DNA of 64,000 nt. Origin: Acidobacteriota bacterium. GTDB lineage: Bacteria; Acidobacteriota; Terriglobia; Terriglobales; SCQP01. The notes under the pieces are model-generated. The model searched no databases. It saw only the letters and a list, made by a program, of their open reading frames with translations, and was not told the DNA's origin. The stretch spans positions 314,996 to 378,995 of the forward strand of contig SCQP01000016.1 in NCBI GenBank assembly GCA_004299485.1. The letters run 5' to 3'. Positions 35,325 to 43,041 of this stretch are shown piece after piece. The position numbers and the translations under genes are program-made. Positions within the stretch are counted from its first letter, which is position 1. Each line of letters opens with the position of its first letter.

Positions 35325-36431
35325 ATGTTAATTCGCATGCAGCCCGACGCCACGACGCAACAAACCGGAAACGTCCGCACCCTCCTGGAACGGCTGGGGT
35401 TTACCACCTCGGCGCTGACCTATCTGGGCCCGGGCGTGTACGCGGCCGTGCCCGGCGATGAATGCGAGGAGCTGCCCGAGCCGGATCTGATTGCCGATCT
35501 CCGGACGCAAGGTGCGCTGGCGGGGGTGGCAGCACTGGAGCCGCTCGCGGGAGCCGCCTTGGCGGCGCGGAGCCAACGGCCGCAGGGCACGCGGGTACGC
35601 GTGGGCGGGACGGTGATTGGCGGCAGCGAGGTAGTCATCATCGCGGGACCGTGTTCGGTCGAGAGCCGCGAGCAGCTCGAGCAAACCGCGCTGGGCGCGC
35701 GGGCAGCGGGCGCGCATCTGCTGCGCGGCGGCGCCTACAAGCCGCGCACCTCGCCTTACGCGTTTCAGGGACTGGGCCGCACCGGCCTCGAACTGCTCGC
35801 CGAAACGGGAGCGCGCGTGGGCTTACCGGTGGTGACGGAAGTCATGACCGCCGAAGATGCGCCGCTGGTAGCCGAGTACGCCGACATGCTGCAGGTGGGC
35901 GCGCGCAGCATGCAGAATTTCGCGCTGCTCAAACGGCTGGGCAAGCTGGGTAAGCCGGTGCTGCTGAAGCGTTCGCCCAGCGCCACCCTCGAAGAATGGC
36001 TGGGCGCGGCCGAATACCTGCTGGCGCGCGGCAACAATCAGGTGGTGCTGTGCGAGCGCGGCATCCGGGGCTTCGATCCGCACACGCGCAATACGCTCGA
36101 TCTGAGCGCGGTGCCGGCGCTGCATGAGTTGACCCACCTGCCGGTGCTGGTCGATCCCAGCCACGGCACCGGGCGGCGCGCGCTGATCCCCGCGGCCGCG
36201 CGTGCCGCGGTCGCGGCCGGCGCCGACGGCCTGTGCCTCGAAGTGCACGTGCGGCCGGAAGAGTCGGTGTCCGACCGCGAGCAGGCCATCGCGCCCCAGG
36301 AGCTTGCGGAGCTGATGCCTTCACTGCGCGCCATCGCCGCCGCGGTCGGCCGCACGCTGCCGGCTCCGCTCGCACCCGCGCCGCCCTACGAGGCCGCCGC
36401 TGCCTACTCGACCACGTGCCGGGCGGTATAG
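35325..36431 (+). CDS. 3-deoxy-7-phosphoheptulonate (DAHP) synthase, type I-beta, with an N-terminal ferredoxin-like/ACT-like regulatory domain
   Basis: 'VIIAGPCSVESREQLE', 'LRGGAYKPRTSPYAFQGLG', 'GLPVVTEVM', 'MLQVGARSMQNF', 'KPVLLKR', 'LCERGIRGF', 'VDPSHGTGRR'. The ATG at 35325 has an AGGAA 5 nt upstream. The TTG at 35310 lies inside the terminator T-tract. Confidence 0.9.
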   Translation: MLIRMQPDATTQQTGNVRTLLERLGFTTSALTYLGPGVYAAVPGDECEELPEPDLIADLRTQGALAGVAALEPLAGAALAARSQRPQGTRVRVGGTVIGGSEVVIIAGPCSVESREQLEQTALGARAAGAHLLRGGAYKPRTSPYAFQGLGRTGLELLAETGARVGLPVVTEVMTAEDAPLVAEYADMLQVGARSMQNFALLKRLGKLGKPVLLKRSPSATLEEWLGAAEYLLARGNNQVVLCERGIRGFDPHTRNTLDLSAVPALHELTHLPVLVDPSHGTGRRALIPAAARAAVAAGADGLCLEVHVRPEESVSDREQAIAPQELAELMPSLRAIAAAVGRTLPAPLAPAPPYEAAAAYSTTCRAV

Positions 36432-36441
36432 CGCGGGAGCC

Positions 36442-36735
36442 TCACTGCGCCCCGGGCGGCGGCACGTAAATCGTGGTCTTTCGCGGCTTGGCGAGCTCGT
36501 ACACGAGCAGGACGGCAGCGGCCGTTACCGCCGCGGCAATCAGAGCAACCTTACGCCAGAAAGAATGGTGATGCTGGCCGCCAGCGGCCAAATTTGACGG
36601 AACCTGGGCCGATTGACATTGGAGCCGAAAAACCGTCCATACCTCCCATCGCCACTTTTTGGCAAGCGGCAGAAGCCATTGAAAGCGGCGGAGAGTAATG
36701 ATCCACTCGGAAGCCCGGCAATCATAGGCGTACAC
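36442..36735 (-). CDS. Hypothetical small protein with a C-terminal TM segment (possibly the 3' part of a frameshifted gene)
   Basis: ORF with 'VALIAAAVTAAAVLLVY'. Its reading frame stays open upstream without a start codon and overlaps the 36722..37045 ORF. Confidence 0.3.
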   Translation of the reverse strand: MYAYDCRASEWIITLRRFQWLLPLAKKWRWEVWTVFRLQCQSAQVPSNLAAGGQHHHSFWRKVALIAAAVTAAAVLLVYELAKPRKTTIYVPPPGAQ

Positions 36736-37045
36736 TGCACGCTTCTCGGGCCCACCGAGATACCGGACGGGAAGATTGAGGCTGCCCGCAGGCAGCGTCT
36801 TGCTGCCCAGGGCTGAAGATGCGCTCGTATTCCGTCCGCCGCACCAGTCGCAAGCGCAGCCCGAGGGTGTTGCTGCCGGGCAATTTTCGATAATCGAAGC
36901 GCCACACCGGCTTCACGGGCGGCAGGCGCTGCCCCGCGCAGGGGAGGAGCAGCACCAGGGCGACGGCCGCTGCGCTCAAAATGGACCGGCCTGCCGCGAC
37001 TGCTGAGGTAGGCTTCGCCGCTATGGTAGCGCGCGCTAGCGCCAC
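36722..37045 (-). CDS. Hypothetical small protein with an N-terminal hydrophobic/signal segment
   Basis: 'SILSAAAVALVLLLPCAG' is present. The start overlaps the stop of the upstream 415-aa gene by 10 nt. Confidence 0.35.
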   Translation of the reverse strand: MALARATIAAKPTSAVAAGRSILSAAAVALVLLLPCAGQRLPPVKPVWRFDYRKLPGSNTLGLRLRLVRRTEYERIFSPGQQDAACGQPQSSRPVSRWAREACSVRL

Positions 37046-38283
37046 GGCCGCATCGTGCCTTGATGACCCGTCACCGACTCCGGATGCAGCGGGTGCGGGC
37101 CTGGCAGAGGGGGGAGGATGAACATTTGGATCACGGTGCCATGTAAGATCGCGAAGCGATGGCCATCGGAGGAAAGCGCCTGACGCACGTCGCCCCTAAG
37201 GCTGGCCCCTTGGGCCACCAGCCGGTGGTCCAGGTTGTATGATGGGGCGTCGAAGATGCTGATCCCGCGCCACACGCTATGGCCGCCGACATCGAAGGCG
37301 GGGTGCGCACCGACCATCGGGCAATCCCCGAAAGCGAGCCTTTTTCCGCCCGACGACTCATAGCTAAAATCGTTGCCAGGCCAGGCGCACGCGCTGCCAA
37401 TTCCGGGGACGGGACGGACGATGCCGGTGGTTGTGTCCAGCAAGGCGCCGAATAGTATCATGAGGTTCGGGTTAGCGAAGCCTATGATGCCCCGGTCCGG
37501 CTGGAGGCCCGGCACATCGGTCCAGCCGCCTCCATTCCGGCGGACCGAGTAGCCCCAGCCCGAACTGCCCCCGATCACGTTCGGCCCCGCAACTTGGGCC
37601 GTTGGCCCATCGGTCGACGATTGCCATTTGAGCGTGTCGGTGCGAATCGCAAACCACTCCCAAGTCTTGCCCGCGGTTCGGCTATACGAAAATGAGTTAA
37701 GCAGGACGTGGTCCGGCGATGCGGAAATATCCCAGGTCCAGGGGCGCTGGGGCAGTTTGGCGCGGCGGAGGGGGACAGCCTTGGGTCCGTAGAGCGTGAG
37801 ATCGCTGCCGTCCCAGAGGATGAATTTGCCTCGGGCGGCAAAGACGATCCTCGCCCAGGGCGAATAAGCGGCCACAGTGGTACGGTACTGGAGGGCGCCC
37901 GAACCTGCATCAACAAATATGAGGTTCACTAGGTACGCTTGGTCTTCACTGCCGTTCTGAAGCAATCTGGGCGGCGTTCTTCTTCGTGTTACCCAGCTTG
38001 CGACCAGGACGCCTGGGTCCACGAACCAGATCGAAGAAATTGGCGGCACGCTTTTCTCGCCCACCCCAATGCGGGGGGACGCCAGCGGGCCCGCGAGAAA
38101 GCTGCTGGCGTTGAGTCGCCACGCGGCGGTAACGACAACCGCCTTGGGATTCTCACTCGGGCGAGGGATGCCCGTTGAGGAGAGCAGCGAGACGAGAACA
38201 GCGACGCTCCCGAACACGAGCCCCCAGCGACCGCCCCCCGCCGGCCGCTCAGCGGCCAATGACGCAACCGCACAGGGATCCAT
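37036..38283 (-). CDS. Membrane-anchored hypothetical protein, possibly beta-propeller-like; candidate partner/immunity gene of the RHS toxin
   Basis: The ATG at 38283 overlaps the RHS 3' end by 35 nt. The TM segment is 'RWGLVFGSVAVLVSLLSS', and blade-like strings recur: 'SASPDHVLLN', 'SSGGKRLAF', 'SSDGHRFAI'. Confidence 0.65.
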   Translation of the reverse strand: MDPCAVASLAAERPAGGGRWGLVFGSVAVLVSLLSSTGIPRPSENPKAVVVTAAWRLNASSFLAGPLASPRIGVGEKSVPPISSIWFVDPGVLVASWVTRRRTPPRLLQNGSEDQAYLVNLIFVDAGSGALQYRTTVAAYSPWARIVFAARGKFILWDGSDLTLYGPKAVPLRRAKLPQRPWTWDISASPDHVLLNSFSYSRTAGKTWEWFAIRTDTLKWQSSTDGPTAQVAGPNVIGGSSGWGYSVRRNGGGWTDVPGLQPDRGIIGFANPNLMILFGALLDTTTGIVRPVPGIGSACAWPGNDFSYESSGGKRLAFGDCPMVGAHPAFDVGGHSVWRGISIFDAPSYNLDHRLVAQGASLRGDVRQALSSDGHRFAILHGTVIQMFILPPLPGPHPLHPESVTGHQGTMRPWR

Positions 38284-41200
38284 AAAATACGTCGACCGCG
38301 AAATGCTCCAGTAGCGCCCAAGGATCTACGCCCCAGAACGAGAACGGGCCGATGTATGGGCTGTTGGTGTCGTCGTGCATAAACTGGCTGCCCCGGGGCC
38401 CTTCCACGTGAACACCGTACCCGTAGCGACCATCAGCAGGACAGCCAAAGCCAGCCTTGCAGGCGAAGTTTGCGTTCCCACCGCTTATGAATTCGGGCAG
38501 CGCCGATATCTGCGTGGCTCCGTATCCGTCGGCGGCCAGCCCGGCCAGCAGGCGATCCCGCTGTGCCTCGGTTTGGCCTGGTGACGAAAACAGGAGGTAC
38601 TGCTGATACTGGGAATTGGTAAGCAGCGCGCCGTCTACTTCGTTGTCGTGAGTGCTCGCGTATTGGACGGTCATATAGCCACAGACGCCCTGCAGGCACT
38701 GGAAGGGGGCGGGCCCACCCGGATCGCAGTTGTTGTTCGGGCACTGCGCACCGGAGCCGGAGGCCAGGATCGCCTCCGTTAGGCCACAGCCGGCGTCCGC
38801 ACCGTTGATCTGGCAGCCGCCGCCTGCGCCGCCACCGTCCAGGATGCCGGCAATTTCGCTGTCCAGCCAGCCCATCAAGTCAGCGGGCCGGACAAGGCCG
38901 GTGGGGTCGGTGCTGCTCAGCGGCTGGTTATCGACGTAGGCGTAGGCGTCCCACGTCTGTGGGTTGGCGGGGTTGACCGCGGCCAGCCCCGCCGGGTCGG
39001 GCGAGAGCCAGCGTTTGAGGGCGGGTGATTCGGCGCGATAGGGGAACTGGTAGGGGCCCGCCTCGTAAAGGAAAACACCCGTGAAGGCTGGCCCGCCCGT
39101 CCCGGCGTAGTAGGCGCCGTAGGGGCTATAGGCGAGATCGCCGTCGAAACCGCGCGAGGGGGTGGATTGCAGCCGCCAGCTCCGTTGCCAATCGGCATGC
39201 TCGTACTGCGCCAGCGCGCTGCCCCGGTACACCGCCGCCGCACTGCCCGGCAACGGGATGACGTACCAGATTACCGTCGACTGGCCTTGCAGGTTGCCGT
39301 ATTGCGCACCCGAGGGCGTGTACAACGCCTCCCCGGCGCTGCTGTTCTCTACCATCCGCCCTAGCGCGTCGAACGTCTGCGTCATCCCGTTCTCTCCGAT
39401 CAGCTTTCCGTCGGCATCCCAGGCGTAATCATTGCGCACCTGGCCGACGGGGTCGTCCAGCAGGTCGCCGTCGGCGTTGTAGTTGGGAACGAAGCCGCTG
39501 ACGCTGGCAAACTGGTTCTTGCCGTTGAAGCTCGCCACCAGCGGGCTGCTGCCCCCGCTGGGCGCGGACTGGTTGCCGAAGGTATCAGGCGAAAACGTCT
39601 GACTCCATTCGCCGCCGCAGCTGGCCGCGCTCAGCCGCCCCAGGTCGTCCTGCGTGTACGTGCAGTTCTGGGTGTCGCCCGTCGCAAACGGATCGGTGAT
39701 GTCGAGTGAGGCGAGGGTGCCATTGCCGTTCCAGCCCAGCTTGCCGATGTCGTTGCTGCCGTTGATGTCCAGCGTGTACTGCGTCATGCGCTGGTCATTG
39801 TTGTAGACGTAGCTGTCGTAATCGCCTGAACCGTAGGTCACCGCGTTCACCAGATTGCCAGGGAAGTAGGTCACGTTGCCCACCGGGTTCTGGCCGCTCG
39901 CGGCAGTCACCGACGTAATCCGTCCGGCGGTGTCCGGGTTGTAGGTGACGGCGGGAATGCCGGGCTGCGTCAGGGTTTGCGGCTGGCCATCAAGCCACCA
40001 GCTCTCGCCCATGACGTAGTAGCCGCCCGAGTGCGGCGTCGCCTCGTAAAACTCGCTGGGCCTGCCCATGGCGTCGTAGCCGAAGCCCTCATCGGTGATC
40101 TTAGCACTCGCCGGACCGGTGTAGGCCTCCGCCAGCCGGCCGGCGGCGTCGGTCATGCCGGCGCCGTCGACCGTGGCGCCGTCGTAGACAAACGTCTTCG
40201 CAGGAGTGGCCGCGGCGTTGGGGCCGGAGGGATAGGTGATGGCGGTAACGCGGCCCCAGCCGTCATGGGCGTAGCAAGTTACGTTGCCGGCGTTGTCGAC
40301 ACGCTCGACCAACGAGCCGGCGGCGGTACCGCAGGTGCCGGAGGAATCGAAGGTGAACGAGTTAGTTCCGGATTCCGGTGTGGTCTCGCTCGTTATTCTG
40401 CCCAGCCAGTCAAAGGCGAAGCTGCGGCTTTCGCCGTGCTGGCTCACGCCGTTCAGCAGGCCGAGGGGGCTATAGGTGTACTGTGTCAGGAAGCCGCTGC
40501 CGCCAATCGCCAGGCCGCAGGCGGAGCTGCCTGATTGCGCGCTGAGTTCGCACACCTTCCAAAGGTCACCCCAGCCGTCACGCTCCAGGATGCGCGCCGG
40601 CGTGCCACCCGGCGGGGTGATTTTCGTGGCACTGCCGGTATACGCGTAGCTCGTGGTTGAGGAACCGTCGGGCAGGGTGATGGATTTCGGGCGACCGAGG
40701 CCGTCGAGAACCGCGGTGGTGAAACCCGAGCCGTGCACCGTGCCGAGGCAGGTGGTTTCGTTGTAGGGGTCGCTCACTTGGGTGGCGCGACCCAGGTCGT
40801 CGAGGATGTACTCGATCGTGTCACAGCCGCCGCCGGGCACCGGCGTCTGCGAGAACAGCGTCGCCCCGTAGCCATCGGTCAGCGTGTAATGGGTTGCGCC
40901 CAGGCTGCCGGAGATTTTGGTCGAGACCTGGGTTTCCGTGGGACTGGGATAGCCGAGTGTCTCGCCGCCGCCATCTGGGTTAGATGTGCCGGTGAGGCGG
41001 GCGTAGGCATCGTAACCCAGCGACACGGTCTTGCCGTTCTGGTCGGTGCGCGAGGTTAACTGCCCGGTCCCGCAGTCATAGCCGAATGTGGCCGCGCCGC
41101 TGCCGCCGGGCGCGCTCGTGCTGCTGGGGTAGCTGTCGGCGCAGTTGCCGTAGCTGGTTGAGACGAGGTTGCCGTTGGGTTCGTCCGTGGCCACTACGTT

Positions 41201-42895
41201 GCCGGTGTCCTCGTAGCGGTAGTAGGTGTCGAGCGCGGCGCCTGAGGAGCTGTAGCGGCTGACTTCGGTGGGATTGCCGCGCGTGGTGTAGCTAGCGGAG
41301 AAGTTGGCGTTATGGTTGAGCGCGCCCGAGGAGGCGACCAGACCCGACGGGCTGGCGTAGTTGTCGTAGGTGATCGCCGTCTGGGAGTAGGTGTTCGAGG
41401 CACCGTCCTGCACGGTGATGGTCTCCGGGCGGTCGACGATGTTCGGGCTGGTGTCGTAGAGATAGCTGACGGAAGTGACGCGCCGCGTGGCGCCGCTGGC
41501 GTCGCGCGCCCAGTCGATATCGGTGGCCTTGGTGAGGTTGCCATAGCTGTCAAACGTGGTGTCGCGCTCGGAGACTTTGATGCCATTGAGGTAGGTGATG
41601 GCGGCGGAGGGAAAATCGGGCGTGCCGCCGGTATTCGTGTAGGCGACCTCTTTGAGCAGCGTCTGGCTGTCGGTGTCGTAATTTTTCACATCGGTCGGCA
41701 GGCCGCCGGCGTCGTAGGTCACGACCGTTTTCGAACCGTCGGGCCGGGCGACGGTCATCGAGCCGGTTCCGCGGGTGTAGGTGGTCGTGCCGCTGTTCTG
41801 GCCGCTGTTTTCCGTCACCTGCACGCTGGCGACGCTGCCATCGCCGTAGGTGCACATGCTGCCGTAGCTGAGGGTGGTGACGCCGCCGGCAGGATACGTA
41901 ATCGAGTTCAGCCGGGCAGCGCCGTCGTAGCCGAACTGGTAGTACCAGTGCGTGCCGCTGGCGTACTCGGGCAACACGAGGTACACAGGCACGGTGACGG
42001 TTCCCGAGTAGTCGCTGATGCCGGAGCAATAGCCCGAGGTGTTGGCGGCGATGGTGTTTTCAACCAGCAAATAGGTCGCGTAGCCGGACGAGCCGGGCTC
42101 GGGCACCTCGATCGCGGTACAGGAGGGGTAATGGACGCCGTCGACCGGGTTGGTGCAGCCGGAGCTTTCCGCAATCTCCTTGGTCACCACCGCGCCGGTC
42201 GTGTCGGTCCAGTCGGTTTCGGCGCCGCTGACGCTGTCGGAGATATAGTTGCCGTTGGAATCCTCGATCACGTGGCCACTGTTGCCGCCGTTGGGATAGA
42301 TCACGTCGCCGTGCCTGTCGGTCTCCGACCAGGAGCCGCTCGGGCCGGCGTCGATGCGATAGCCGGAGCCGTCGCTGGCCTCGGTAACGACGGCGCCGCT
42401 GGCGGCGCGGCAGGTGCCGCGCGGGTAGGTCAGGATGCCCTTGGTGGTATAGCTGCCAGGAAAATCGTGCTCGGCCCCGGAGGGGTCGGTGTAGTAGAAG
42501 CCGCCGATGGTGCTCCAGAGGCAGTAGCCGCTGCCGTCGCGCTCGGAGTGGCTCTGGTCGATCGTATTGTTGATCTGGCCATAGCTGGGCCCGACCATCC
42601 AGCCGTTCATGTTGCTGAGGGAGAAGGCCGAGCCGGTGTTGATGTAAATGTTGGAGTTGTAGGTGAGGCCAACCGAAAAGGGCAGCCCGCGGCCGGGCTT
42701 TCGGAATACTGGAATCATCGCGGTGACGGTCGCGTCGCCGGACTCGACCGCGACGGTGCGCGAGCGCGCGCTGTAAACGAAGGGCGGAAAGCCGCCCTGC
42801 GGCGGCTGCTGTGCGGCGGCAACGCTAACACAGGCGAGCGCCAGCCCCAAGGTCAGGATGAGAGAGAGCAAGCTACGTGCCATCCGCATTTTCAA
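38249..42895 (-). CDS. RHS/YD-repeat polymorphic toxin with a Sec signal peptide and an unassigned C-terminal domain
   Basis: The signal peptide is 'MKMRMARSLLSLILTLGLALACVSVAAA'. There are many YD repeats ('YTYDAGGLP', 'YGYDAMGRP', 'YAHDGWGRVTAITYP', 'YTQDDLGRL'). The core-terminating motif is 'YVDNQPLSSTDPTGL' (DPTGL at 38894..38908), followed by a 214-aa tail. Confidence 0.9.
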   Translation of the reverse strand: MKMRMARSLLSLILTLGLALACVSVAAAQQPPQGGFPPFVYSARSRTVAVESGDATVTAMIPVFRKPGRGLPFSVGLTYNSNIYINTGSAFSLSNMNGWMVGPSYGQINNTIDQSHSERDGSGYCLWSTIGGFYYTDPSGAEHDFPGSYTTKGILTYPRGTCRAASGAVVTEASDGSGYRIDAGPSGSWSETDRHGDVIYPNGGNSGHVIEDSNGNYISDSVSGAETDWTDTTGAVVTKEIAESSGCTNPVDGVHYPSCTAIEVPEPGSSGYATYLLVENTIAANTSGYCSGISDYSGTVTVPVYLVLPEYASGTHWYYQFGYDGAARLNSITYPAGGVTTLSYGSMCTYGDGSVASVQVTENSGQNSGTTTYTRGTGSMTVARPDGSKTVVTYDAGGLPTDVKNYDTDSQTLLKEVAYTNTGGTPDFPSAAITYLNGIKVSERDTTFDSYGNLTKATDIDWARDASGATRRVTSVSYLYDTSPNIVDRPETITVQDGASNTYSQTAITYDNYASPSGLVASSGALNHNANFSASYTTRGNPTEVSRYSSSGAALDTYYRYEDTGNVVATDEPNGNLVSTSYGNCADSYPSSTSAPGGSGAATFGYDCGTGQLTSRTDQNGKTVSLGYDAYARLTGTSNPDGGGETLGYPSPTETQVSTKISGSLGATHYTLTDGYGATLFSQTPVPGGGCDTIEYILDDLGRATQVSDPYNETTCLGTVHGSGFTTAVLDGLGRPKSITLPDGSSTTSYAYTGSATKITPPGGTPARILERDGWGDLWKVCELSAQSGSSACGLAIGGSGFLTQYTYSPLGLLNGVSQHGESRSFAFDWLGRITSETTPESGTNSFTFDSSGTCGTAAGSLVERVDNAGNVTCYAHDGWGRVTAITYPSGPNAAATPAKTFVYDGATVDGAGMTDAAGRLAEAYTGPASAKITDEGFGYDAMGRPSEFYEATPHSGGYYVMGESWWLDGQPQTLTQPGIPAVTYNPDTAGRITSVTAASGQNPVGNVTYFPGNLVNAVTYGSGDYDSYVYNNDQRMTQYTLDINGSNDIGKLGWNGNGTLASLDITDPFATGDTQNCTYTQDDLGRLSAASCGGEWSQTFSPDTFGNQSAPSGGSSPLVASFNGKNQFASVSGFVPNYNADGDLLDDPVGQVRNDYAWDADGKLIGENGMTQTFDALGRMVENSSAGEALYTPSGAQYGNLQGQSTVIWYVIPLPGSAAAVYRGSALAQYEHADWQRSWRLQSTPSRGFDGDLAYSPYGAYYAGTGGPAFTGVFLYEAGPYQFPYRAESPALKRWLSPDPAGLAAVNPANPQTWDAYAYVDNQPLSSTDPTGLVRPADLMGWLDSEIAGILDGGGAGGGCQINGADAGCGLTEAILASGSGAQCPNNNCDPGGPAPFQCLQGVCGYMTVQYASTHDNEVDGALLTNSQYQQYLLFSSPGQTEAQRDRLLAGLAADGYGATQISALPEFISGGNANFACKAGFGCPADGRYGYGVHVEGPRGSQFMHDDTNSPYIGPFSFWGVDPWALLEHFAVDVFYGSLCGCVIGR

Positions 42896-42931
42896 CCCTT
42901 CTGTGGCTCACGGTGTGAGCTACTCACGAGG

Positions 42932-42961
42932 AGAGTAGGCGCGTGCTCCGACTCGCGTCAA
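42932..42961 (-). promoter_or_regulatory. Candidate RHS promoter (TTGACG-18-TACTCT)
   Basis: Minus-strand hexamers lie at 42956..42961 and 42932..42937, ~35 nt upstream of the ATG. Confidence 0.35.
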
Positions 42962-43041
42962 GCAATATCGTGACGGGGATGCAAAATGTCACAATTTTGT
43001 GAAAGTTACCGAGCGGTAACCGATCCGCCTCGCAACAACTG

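Noticed and set aside
41312-42973. 553-aa ORF antisense to the RHS gene, plus several other 100-240-aa ORFs inside it
   Set aside because: These are Gly/Ala/Arg/Val-rich shadow frames. The YD-repeat frame is continuous for 1548 codons.
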